From positions 480-64,479 of IMG/VR virus record IMGVR_UViG_3300027816_000052: a DNA stretch of 64,000 nt. One strand, given 5' to 3'. Numbering within the stretch: the stretch's first letter is position 1; the number at the start of each line of letters is the position of its first letter. The notes beneath the pieces were generated by a model, which made no database searches, had not been told where the DNA came from, and saw nothing but the letters and a program-made list of their open reading frames with translations. This stretch comes from a virus. Below, one piece after another: positions 37,304 to 44,533 of the stretch. Made by a program: the position numbers and the translations under genes.

Positions 37304-38817
37304 CGTATTAAATTAATATTACCAATTTTATTAATTAAGTTATTAGCTATAATTCCGCTAAATTTATAAACATAAACACCATTCTGACAATTAAGCCCAT
37401 CCCATGATTCGTTTTGATTGGTAAATTCATAAATTTTCTCACCCCAACTATTATAAATTTGCATTTTAAAATTTTCAATTTTTGAAATTGTTGTTACTTT
37501 AAATGAATCATTTATATTATCATAATCGGGTGAAAATGTGTTAGGAATATAAATATCTCCACAAATTTCTGAATAAATTTCTAATGTTGTTAAATCGCCA
37601 AAACAACCAAATTCATTTATCTCATAAACACTTAATATGTTTTCAAAATTAGAAATGTTTGGTAAATTTATTGTTATAGTATTTTGTGTCAAATTTAATG
37701 TATCTTGATTTAAAATCCAAATATATGAAGAATTTATATTACCAGTTGTTAAAAATTGTAAAGTTCTATCGAATTCTGAGCAATTTACAAAACTATTTTC
37801 ACCGATAATAATAACATCTTCAGGATTTGGATTCACAACAACTAATATCGAATCGTTGTTTCTACAACCAAAAGAATCAATAAATGTATATTCAACCCAA
37901 TTTGTTCCAAATTGTGGTAAATAATTAGGACCAATATTCCAAGTACCACCAATAGGGAATGCTTGCATTTGAACCGGTGAATCATTAAAACATAGTGTGT
38001 CAACAGGATTAATTAATACTACAGGTAATTGATTTACGTTTACAGTAAAAATAGTTGTATCTATACAATTATTAATTGTTTCTTCAATAATACTAATTTG
38101 TTGAGTCCCTATATTATTCCAAATATTTATTTGGGGATTACCTGTATAAAAAATTGAGTTATTTGTTGGATTTGCTAATTCATGAATTGTCGTATCCCCA
38201 AGACATACGGTTTGGACCAATGGGGTTATTGGATTACTTTCAAAGTCTAAAGGAATATTGGTACCATTAAATAAATTAAATGGTGATAGATTACAGTTAT
38301 TATTTCCCCAAGATCCCCAAGTACCGTCAGCACCAGCGGTTATTTGAATTATAATGTCCTCAGAGGAACATGTCTCAACAACTGTGGTTGTAAAACAAAA
38401 ATTCCATGTACAATTTCCAAAATCACCCCAATCATTACCGGGATTTCCATCAATAACACCACCTTGATTTGTTTCAAAAAACCAACCCGGTCCAGCAGAA
38501 ATACCCGTTGATGATGATGTTACCGTACCAGAAATCCAAACCCAATTACCAGAACCACCATTACAATTGGTAGGTGATGCTTGCGGAATAGGGGGTGTTA
38601 AAGAAGGACTTAGATTAATTTCAAATCCCTCAACCCAATTTGAACTAACGTTCAAACCGTTCCAACCATTCATTGTATAACACACATTTAAAACAGTTCC
38701 ACTAGCGTATTGACCATTAATTGGGGTTGGGTTTATTGAAAAACTTTCAATCCCATTACATTGATTAAACGCTAAATTACTAATTAAAGTAAAAATTATT
38801 AATAATACTTTTTTCAT
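37300..38817 (-). CDS. Secreted protein with signal peptide and a T9SS type-B / CHU_C-like C-terminal sorting domain
   Basis: 505 aa. N-terminus MKKVLLIIFTLISNLAFNQ. C-terminus IPNTFSPDYDNINDSFKV...NGVYVYKF matches the gliding-motility C-terminal domain pattern PN.F.PN.DG.ND.F. Confidence 0.6.
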   Translation of the reverse strand: MKKVLLIIFTLISNLAFNQCNGIESFSINPTPINGQYASGTVLNVCYTMNGWNGLNVSSNWVEGFEINLSPSLTPPIPQASPTNCNGGSGNWVWISGTVTSSSTGISAGPGWFFETNQGGVIDGNPGNDWGDFGNCTWNFCFTTTVVETCSSEDIIIQITAGADGTWGSWGNNNCNLSPFNLFNGTNIPLDFESNPITPLVQTVCLGDTTIHELANPTNNSIFYTGNPQINIWNNIGTQQISIIEETINNCIDTTIFTVNVNQLPVVLINPVDTLCFNDSPVQMQAFPIGGTWNIGPNYLPQFGTNWVEYTFIDSFGCRNNDSILVVVNPNPEDVIIIGENSFVNCSEFDRTLQFLTTGNINSSYIWILNQDTLNLTQNTITINLPNISNFENILSVYEINEFGCFGDLTTLEIYSEICGDIYIPNTFSPDYDNINDSFKVTTISKIENFKMQIYNSWGEKIYEFTNQNESWDGLNCQNGVYVYKFSGIIANNLINKIGNINLIR

Positions 38818-38983
38818 TTTTTATAAAAAATTAAGAGTTTAAACCACCACTTCCACCACATGAATTTTAATGTTAAAAGACCTTCTGGGTCATGGTAGTA
38901 TATGATTGTTGGAATTAAAGGTTTATGGTCCTCGATAATAAATCGCTTTGACCTATCTGTTCTAATTTTCATGTTTGTTAATT

Positions 38984-39256
38984 TTATCGTTTACAATAAT
39001 TCCATATTTCTTCCGCTGTATTCCATTCCGAACCAACGTTTAACATACCGATTGGGTCTTCTTTAAACCACATTCGTTCTTTCCATTCACCAGTACCATT
39101 TAATCTAAAATAACTTATAATTGAGAGTGAGATATTACTTGGTTCTAGTTCATTTGGGTCATTTGCGGAATTACCAATCCAATGGTCGATAAATCCATCT
39201 TTACAATAAATTCGTCGAAATTTAACCCACCCTTCTTGTAGTTTTTCGGTTTTCAT
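38984..39256 (-). CDS. Hypothetical protein
   Basis: 90-aa ORF, Trp-rich. Confidence 0.4.
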   Translation of the reverse strand: MKTEKLQEGWVKFRRIYCKDGFIDHWIGNSANDPNELEPSNISLSIISYFRLNGTGEWKERMWFKEDPIGMLNVGSEWNTAEEIWNYCKR

Positions 39257-39510
39257 ATAATTTCTAATGATATTAAACTCATAAATCTATCATGTGAGTC
39301 TAAAGAATAATAAATTCTAACTTTTTGACCTTGTTCACTTATTAATTCTTTAAAATGTTTATGAATTAAAATTTTAACATCTTTATTTATCACCATAAAT
39401 AAATGATTTTCTTTAAAATCAAGTTCAGATGGAATTTCTGTGTAATAAACATTTTTAATAATCAACTCAATAAAAGGGAATTTGTTTGTGTATGATGTTT
39501 CAATATTCAT
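39253..39510 (-). CDS. Hypothetical protein
   Basis: 85-aa ORF, 4-nt overlap with the downstream gene. Confidence 0.4.
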   Translation of the reverse strand: MNIETSYTNKFPFIELIIKNVYYTEIPSELDFKENHLFMVINKDVKILIHKHFKELISEQGQKVRIYYSLDSHDRFMSLISLEII

Positions 39511-39526
39511 TATTATTAATTTTTAG

Positions 39527-39600
39527 TTGTCCCACTCTGACTCGAACAGAGAACCTCCACATTATCAGTGTGACGATCTAACCAATTGATCTATGAGACA
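39527..39600 (-). tRNA. tRNA-Ile (anticodon GAT)
   Basis: Acceptor TGTCTCA/TGGGACA, D-arm GATC/GATC, anticodon stem TCACA/TGTGG with loop CTGATAA, T-arm CTCTG-TTCGAGT-CAGAG. Confidence 0.75.
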
Positions 39601-39842
39601 ATAAGTGGTTATTTTATCGCTTTTATCCCTTGATCAGAGGGGAAGTGCTCGTAAAATAACCAAAACCAAACTTCAAATATCATTATATGTTCTATATAAA
39701 ATTCGACAAAAGATAAACCCTAAAAAGCAACAAATCAAATTTATAATGGTAACATCATAAGATTGGGGATATAATATTTGTGTATATACACCAGCTAGGA
39801 ATAAGGTAATGTAAGATAATACTTTAAGTACGTGTTTCATTT

Positions 39843-40091
39843 TTATATAAAATAAGGTCCGTAGATAACACCCCCTGACTCAACAACACCCTTTTCCATT
39901 TCCCAAGCTTTTTTTAATGCTTCTTTAAGGGTATATACAGGACTAGCACCATTACCCCTAATTAACATGTGTGCGTGTTTGAAAACTCTTTTCTTTGAGA
40001 TTTCTTTGGGAAAAATGATTAAGCTATTATCGCTATTTTTTTGATTTAAATAACGAGTTAACATTCCTTTTTTTGGTTCCATATCATTCAT
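39843..40091 (-). CDS. Hypothetical protein
   Basis: 82-aa ORF. Confidence 0.4.
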   Translation of the reverse strand: MNDMEPKKGMLTRYLNQKNSDNSLIIFPKEISKKRVFKHAHMLIRGNGASPVYTLKEALKKAWEMEKGVVESGGVIYGPYFI

Positions 40092-40221
40092 TGTTTTTTT
40101 CTTTATCTTTAATTTCTTCTATACGTCTGATGGTTGAGGGTTTAGTACATCTTCCACCGTAACCACAAAGATACGAAAGATTTCTGGTTTTTCTACGCAC
40201 AATTTTACCTTGTTTACTCAT
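40084..40221 (-). CDS. Small basic Cys-containing protein (45 aa) inside the tRNA cluster, not in the ORF track
   Basis: MSKQGKIVRRKTRNLSYLCGYGGRCTKPSTIRRIEEIKDKEKNNE. ATG at 40219-40221, TGA at 40084-40086. Confidence 0.3.
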   Translation of the reverse strand: MSKQGKIVRRKTRNLSYLCGYGGRCTKPSTIRRIEEIKDKEKNNE

Positions 40222-40238
40222 TTTGATTTTTTTATATG

Positions 40239-40310
40239 CGGTCTATGACGGGTTCGATCCGTCTACTCTACCGTGACAGGGTAGGATGATAGCCATTTCA
40301 CCAATAGACC
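40239..40310 (-). tRNA. tRNA-Asp (anticodon GTC)
   Basis: Acceptor GGTCTAT/ATAGACC, anticodon stem CTACC/GGTAG with loop CTGTCAC, T-arm GACGG-ATCGAAC-CCGTC. Confidence 0.8.
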
Positions 40311-40321
40311 AAAAGAAATTG

Positions 40322-40393
40322 AGGACTCGGAGAATTACGATATCTCGACCTAAAAGTTAACAGCTTTTTGCTCTGCCCCTGAGCTACGAGTCC
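40322..40393 (-). tRNA. tRNA-Asn (anticodon GTT)
   Basis: Acceptor GGACTCG/CGAGTCC, D-arm GCTC/GAGC, anticodon stem AAAAG/CTTTT with loop CTGTTAA. T-arm is atypical (GAGAT-ATCGTAA-TTCTC). Confidence 0.65.
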
Positions 40394-40399
40394 TTATTG

Positions 40400-40472
40400 T
40401 GGTACTTCGTGGTTCCGAGCCACGCTCCTCCCGTCTTCAGCGGGATGCTTTCACCAGATTAGCTTAAGTACC
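40400..40472 (-). tRNA. tRNA-Phe (anticodon GAA)
   Basis: Acceptor GGTACTT/AAGTACC, anticodon stem TCCCG/CGGGA with loop CTGAAGA, T-arm CGTGG-CTCGGAA-CCACG. Confidence 0.8.
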
Positions 40473-40527
40473 GTTATCAGTTACAAAACCTCTCAAATTA
40501 GGAACTTCACCGATGTAGTTTTTTTAG

Positions 40528-40611
40528 TGGAAGTAGTAAGACTCGAACTTACGAACCCCTTTCGGAGAAGTGATTTACAGTCACTTGGAATTGCCGCTAT
40601 CCGATACTTCC
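40528..40611 (-). tRNA. tRNA-Tyr (anticodon GTA), type II
   Basis: Acceptor GGAAGTA/TACTTCC, anticodon stem AGTGA/TCACT with loop CTGTAAA, variable arm CTCC-GAAA-GGGG, T-arm GTAAG-TTCGAGT-CTTAC. Confidence 0.75.
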
Positions 40612-40685
40612 ATTTGCTGTCTCTCCATGCTGTCAATGCGGATGTTTTATCATGAATTTAGGTACCTCGCATTGCTCCCATATTG

Positions 40686-40757
40686 TAGTCCCGACGAGAA
40701 TCGAACTCGCATTACCGGAGTGAAAATCCGGGTTCCGAACCATTAGAAGACGGGACC
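40686..40757 (-). tRNA. tRNA-Glu (anticodon TTC)
   Basis: Acceptor GGTCCCG/CGGGACT, anticodon stem CCGGA/TCCGG with loop TTTTCAC, T-arm GCGAG-TTCGATT-CTCGT. Confidence 0.75.
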
Positions 40758-40781
40758 ATTTAAAATTTTAATGAACTAAAG

Positions 40782-40855
40782 CTGTCCCGGAAGGGGTCGA
40801 ACCTTCAAACTTCCCCTTCAAAGGGGGATGACTTTGCCAATTTGTCTACAGGACA
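40782..40855 (-). tRNA. tRNA-Gln (anticodon TTG)
   Basis: Acceptor TGTCCTG/CGGGACA, anticodon stem TCCCC/GGGGA with loop CTTTGAA, T-arm GAAGG-TTCGACC-CCTTC. Confidence 0.75.
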
Positions 40856-40860
40856 ATAAG

Positions 40861-40994
40861 CGGGGGAGGTTGGATTCGCACCAACAATCGTTACATTTCA
40901 GAGTAATTGCTTTACTGTTTCGAAGTATCTCATATTCTCACCACTCGGACGAGGGAAAATGAAATGAGTTTTTCTTTTTATTAGCTTCTCCCCC
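40861..40994 (-). other. Unresolved tRNA-like locus: a canonical T-arm plus 3' acceptor whose only complementary 5' acceptor lies 134 nt away
   Basis: 3' part GTTGG-TGCGAAT-CCAAC-CTCCCCC-G (40861-40885, complement). The matching GGGGGAG is at 40988-40994. The intervening sequence does not fold as a D/anticodon arm by hand. Confidence 0.25.
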
Positions 40995-41006
40995 AAGAAA
41001 TTATAG

Positions 41007-41089
41007 TGGATGTTGACGGAATCGAACCGCGTTTCCAAACAGCACCCCCAACCTCATCATGAACGGTCGGTCAAGGTTTAGCAACACCC
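41007..41089 (-). other. Unresolved tRNA-like sequence (83 nt): T-arm and acceptor pairing present, anticodon and D arms could not be folded
   Basis: Reverse complement GGGTGTT...CGCGG-TTCGATT-CCGTC-AACATCC-A. The ends pair (7 bp with G-U). The middle lacks a clean 5-7-5 anticodon arm. Confidence 0.25.
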
Positions 41090-41100
41090 AAAAAAGTTAG

Positions 41101-41174
41101 TTCTCCCAGCGAGACTCGAACTCACAACTCCCATATTAAAAGTATGGTACTCTAACCAATTGAGTTACAGGAGA
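41101..41174 (-). tRNA. tRNA-Lys (anticodon TTT)
   Basis: Acceptor TCTCCTG/TGGGAGA (two G-U), D-arm ACTC/GAGT, anticodon stem CCATA/TATGG with loop CTTTTAA, T-arm GTGAG-TTCGAGT-CTCGC. Confidence 0.7.
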
Positions 41175-41182
41175 TTATGTGA

Positions 41183-41403
41183 TGAGTGATGGATTCGAAC
41201 CACCATAAGCTGCTTCGTTTAGGATATCCTCTAAGCAACAGCGGGATATGTATAGTGTTGGGTAACTATATCACTAATATCCACCGCAACCCGTTCCCTT
41301 GGGCTATCTCATCAAATTGAGAGGACACCGATACCTCCTCTCTGGGTGGGTCTAATTTCGAATTCTTTTATGACTTGTTCTGAAAGTCGCCAACATACTC
41401 ATC
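41183..41403 (-). other. Unresolved tRNA-like locus: T-arm plus 3' acceptor ACTCATC at 41183-41210, with the complementary GATGAGT 215 nt away at 41397-41403
   Basis: 3' part GGTGG-TTCGAAT-CCATC-ACTCATC-A. Candidate 5' part GATGAGT-AT-GTTGGCGACTTTCAGAAC... The interior contains a 7-bp hairpin GAGAGGA/TCCTCTC. Confidence 0.2.
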
Positions 41404-41471
41404 ATTTCTGATTTAGTCATTGCACGTCCCACTTAACTTTAAACGCGGTCGGTTTTAAGGTATGTATTGTG

Positions 41472-41547
41472 TCGAGGTGAGAGGATTTGAACCTCCATGA
41501 TATCTTCGCCCCAAACGAAGAGACTTAGCCAATTAGTCCACACCTCG
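41472..41547 (-). tRNA. tRNA-Pro (anticodon TGG)
   Basis: Acceptor CGAGGTG/CACCTCG, U8, D-arm GAC/GTC with 11-nt loop, anticodon stem CTTCG/CGAAG with loop TTTGGGG, 7-nt variable loop, T-arm GGAGG-TTCAAAT-CCTCT. Confidence 0.6.
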
Positions 41548-41745
41548 ATAATTAATCGTCTCTCCGATCTGTCACACTTATTCATTGTTACGTCGATTGA
41601 CACTAAGTGTTTAAATTCAATCGAACATGATAATAATCAAATTATTATTATCTAAATTTCTTGGTATTACAATATGTCAACGAACGTCACAAAGTTATGT
41701 CTTATTCTTCAAACTACCAAAACTTTTTTGGTATAAAATTTAAAA

Positions 41746-41766
41746 CCCCGGATTTTTTGTCCGGGG
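41746..41766. terminator. Strong GC hairpin with flanking T/A runs; candidate bidirectional terminator between the endo VII gene and the tRNA cluster
   Basis: CCCCGGA-ttttttgt-TCCGGGG. A second ACCCCGGA copy sits about 45 nt downstream. Confidence 0.45.
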
Positions 41767-41935
41767 TTACATTTTCTTTGTGTTAAAAATTATTTCACAA
41801 AAACCCCGGAATACATAATGGGAGCATAAAACCAATCACACTGATTTGGTTTTACTACCTCAAGATTATGTTTACGTAGATTGTTCATTTAAAATAATTT
41901 TCAATAAATATATACAAGTTTTGAAAAAAGTCAAA

Positions 41936-42340
41936 TCATTCTAATTTTTTTTCTAAATTTAAATAATCGATTGCTTTTTGTAATAATTTTACATCATCAT
42001 TAAATCTACCCAAACCCAAGTTGCAGTTGTTGCATATATAACCCCTAAACGTATCAGTAAAATGACAATGATCTAAAACCCATGATGTTGTATGTTTATC
42101 ACATATTGGACAATTTCCGGATGGTGGTGGTGAATACTTAATTTTTAAATGTTTTCTTATTTCAGCTAATTTTTGATTGCAACTTTTGCATGTATTTTTT
42201 CTTCCAGCATCGATTGTTGAGAAGAATGGAAATTCGTCAATTTGTTTTTCAATATTGCAATTTCTGCATGTTTTTGTTTCTCCTGAAATAACTGGTTTTA
42301 TGTTTTCTTCAGGTTCAAATAAATTTAATTGATTCATCAA
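41936..42340 (-). CDS. Recombination endonuclease VII (T4 gp49-like) family protein
   Basis: 134 aa. Zn-binding Cys pairs and the WVLDHCHFTDTFRGYICNNCNLGLG motif (DHxH...RG.LC..CN..LG) characteristic of endonuclease VII. Confidence 0.7.
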   Translation of the reverse strand: MMNQLNLFEPEENIKPVISGETKTCRNCNIEKQIDEFPFFSTIDAGRKNTCKSCNQKLAEIRKHLKIKYSPPPSGNCPICDKHTTSWVLDHCHFTDTFRGYICNNCNLGLGRFNDDVKLLQKAIDYLNLEKKLE

Positions 42341-42393
42341 ATTTTATTTGAACATAATGAGGTTCTGTGTTAAAGTAAACTATTCATATATTT

Positions 42394-43218
42394 ATGGTTA
42401 TGAAAAAGATTAAATTAACAGAATCGGATTTATATAGAATTGTTAGAAAGGTTCTTCTTGAGCAAGATGAAAAAAAGAAAAGTTTTACATTTTCTCCGGG
42501 TTCATTTGAATCTCTTATAACATCATCATCAGGTGAAAGATTTGTTAAACATCTTAATAACAAATATGATAGGGTTATTGTTAATGAAGAGTTGGATTTA
42601 AGTGAAACACCAATTCAATCCTTGCCGGATAATCTTCATGTTGAGGGAAATTTGGATTTAGAAGGAACGCAAATTCAATCCTTACCGGATAATCTTCATG
42701 TTGGGGGGAATTTGTTTTTATATGGATGCAAAAATCTTAAATCCTTACCGGATAATCTTTATGTTGGGGGAAATTTGGAGTTAGATGGAATACCAATTCA
42801 ATACTTAGGGAATAATATTCATGTTAAGGGAAATTTGGAGTTAGATGGAATACCAATTCAATCCTTACCGGATAATCTTCATGTTGGGGGAGATTTGAGT
42901 TTAGTAGGAACACCAATTCAATCCTTACCGGATAATCTTCATGTTGGGGGATATTTGGATTTATATGGAACACCAATTCAATCCTTACCGGATAATCTTC
43001 ATGTTGGGGGAAGTTTGTATTTAAGAGGAACACCAATTCAATCCTTACCGGATAATCTTCATGTTGAGGGAGATTTGTTTTTAGGTAAAACACCAATTCA
43101 ATCCTTACCGAATAATCTTGACGTTAAGGGGACAATTTATATTAAAGGAACACCATTAAATGATAATGATGAATTGGTTAAGAAATATGAAGAAAAATAT
43201 AGAATTATTAGAGTTTAA
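42394..43218 (+). CDS. LRR-like 20-aa tandem-repeat family protein, long member with about 9 repeats
   Basis: 274 aa. N-terminus MVMKKIKLTESDLYRIVRKVLLEQDE. Nine near-identical repeats (G)TPIQSLPDNLHVGGxLxLxG that differ only at 3-4 positions. C-terminus KGTPLNDNDELVKKYEEKYRIIRV. Confidence 0.75.
   Translation: MVMKKIKLTESDLYRIVRKVLLEQDEKKKSFTFSPGSFESLITSSSGERFVKHLNNKYDRVIVNEELDLSETPIQSLPDNLHVEGNLDLEGTQIQSLPDNLHVGGNLFLYGCKNLKSLPDNLYVGGNLELDGIPIQYLGNNIHVKGNLELDGIPIQSLPDNLHVGGDLSLVGTPIQSLPDNLHVGGYLDLYGTPIQSLPDNLHVGGSLYLRGTPIQSLPDNLHVEGDLFLGKTPIQSLPNNLDVKGTIYIKGTPLNDNDELVKKYEEKYRIIRV
42605..43150. repeat. Tandem array of 60-nt direct repeats (about 9 units) encoding the 20-aa LRR-like repeat
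   Basis: The unit caattcaatccttaccggataatcttcatgttggggg(n) recurs with period 60 nt. Variation is concentrated in about 12 nt per unit. It also generates the antisense ORF 42824..43096. Confidence 0.85.
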
Positions 43219-43245
43219 TAATAAACACATAACACACATAAAAAA

Positions 43246-43554
43246 ATGGGAATATTTGAACTAGTTAATACATTATTTGTATTATCATCGTTAGTTGTCG
43301 TTGCTTCAGAATATGCAAGCAAATATACAAAAGTTAAAGGAACGTTATCACAAATCCAATCTTGGGTAATTTCAATCCTAATTGGTATTTTTTGTGCATG
43401 GTTAAACTTTGGAGTATTCAATGGTGTGGACACCAAAGGGGGCATTCTCTATGGAATATTAATCGGATTAATATCAAATGGAATATTTGACATGTCATTC
43501 GTTAAACAAATCTTAACAATGATTGGTGCTAGAGCAAATACTTTAAAGGATTAA
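43246..43554 (+). CDS. Small membrane protein with 3 predicted TM helices; holin-like candidate
   Basis: 102 aa. Hydrophobic segments LVNTLFVLSSLVVVA, WVISILIGIFCAWLNFGVF and ILYGILIGLISNGIF, with a charged C-terminus. Confidence 0.4.
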   Translation: MGIFELVNTLFVLSSLVVVASEYASKYTKVKGTLSQIQSWVISILIGIFCAWLNFGVFNGVDTKGGILYGILIGLISNGIFDMSFVKQILTMIGARANTLKD

Positions 43555-44159
43555 ACGATATCTTTACTTTCAATTAAGGTGTAGGTAAATCTATTACCGT
43601 GGATATTTCTTGCTTTATTTAAAATTGTCATAAATTCATTAAAGTCTTTGACTCTTTTAAATACAGAACATCCTTCGCTCCAATCGTTTACAAATTGTGA
43701 TTCAGTTTTTGGATTTGAACGATGTATATTAATACCAAAAACACCCTCATGAATTGTTGCGGGGTCCATATCAAATTTCATATCTTTATTTTTATCACGA
43801 TAAACTTTAACAGGTCTGTCTTGACATAAAGCATCATATTTTCCTTGGTGCTTTCTTATAATATATGCACTTCTATATTGACCCGGAACAAGAATTGCAA
43901 CACCCCTTGTATTACTAAATTCTCTCACAGCTTTTGTTCCCGGATCTGTGGTAATATCCCACTCATGATATTTCCACACACCATTTTCTTTATATGTTAA
44001 TGTTAATTTATCATCAAAAACATTTGTAACTCTTGAACCCGGTCCTGAGTTTCTAATGCTAACAACGTTAACATCAAATCCTTTATTTGAATCATCATTA
44101 AACCAAACATAACCTTTTGATTTAAGAGCGTTTTCTATTTTTTCTTTTGAGTATAACAT
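43551..44159 (-). CDS. L,D-transpeptidase (YkuD)-like catalytic domain protein
   Basis: 202 aa. HEGVFGINIHRSNPKTESQFVNDWSEGCSVF matches the YkuD H-x-G ... S-x-G-C-[IV] catalytic signature. Confidence 0.5.
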   Translation of the reverse strand: MLYSKEKIENALKSKGYVWFNDDSNKGFDVNVVSIRNSGPGSRVTNVFDDKLTLTYKENGVWKYHEWDITTDPGTKAVREFSNTRGVAILVPGQYRSAYIIRKHQGKYDALCQDRPVKVYRDKNKDMKFDMDPATIHEGVFGINIHRSNPKTESQFVNDWSEGCSVFKRVKDFNEFMTILNKARNIHGNRFTYTLIESKDIV

Positions 44160-44234
44160 GTGATATATAGTTTAACCATAAATATTATTGATTTATTTTT
44201 TATATAATTTATTTTTTCATAAAAACTTAAACAA

Positions 44235-44477
44235 ATGTCAATATTAAAAGAAGAAATCAAAGGAACGAAGATTTATAATGAAATTCAATCTTCAAATATT
44301 GTGAGAACAGAATATGATACACAAACTGAAATTATGATAGTTGAATTTAAAAATGGTTCTAGGTTTGAGTATGAAAAAGTACCCCATAAAATATATTCTC
44401 AATTTAGATTAGCTGAATCGCAGGGAAAGTTCTTTTCATCCTCAATATCAAAAGCATATAAGTATAAAAAAATTTAA
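44235..44477 (+). CDS. KTSC-domain protein
   Basis: 80 aa. IMIVEFKNGSRFEYEKVPHKIYSQFRLAESQGKFFSSSI matches the KTSC pattern Y.F.NG..Y.Y..VP...Y..F..A.S.GK.F. Flanked by 15-bp inverted repeats. Confidence 0.5.
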   Translation: MSILKEEIKGTKIYNEIQSSNIVRTEYDTQTEIMIVEFKNGSRFEYEKVPHKIYSQFRLAESQGKFFSSSISKAYKYKKI

Positions 44478-44533
44478 TAAATTTAAAAACTTATTGGTTA
44501 CCATATATTTATGGTTAAAGCTTTTTTAAATAT

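Noticed and set aside
42824-43096. 90-aa minus-strand ORF with its own internal repeats
   Set aside because: It is the antisense reading of the 60-nt tandem repeats of 42394..43218. It has no start context and its periodicity is inherited from the sense gene.
42605-43150. Diversity-generating retroelement or CRISPR array as the explanation for the repeats
   Set aside because: No reverse transcriptase gene or template repeat in the window. The repeats are coding, with a 60-nt period and no spacers, so it is not a CRISPR array.
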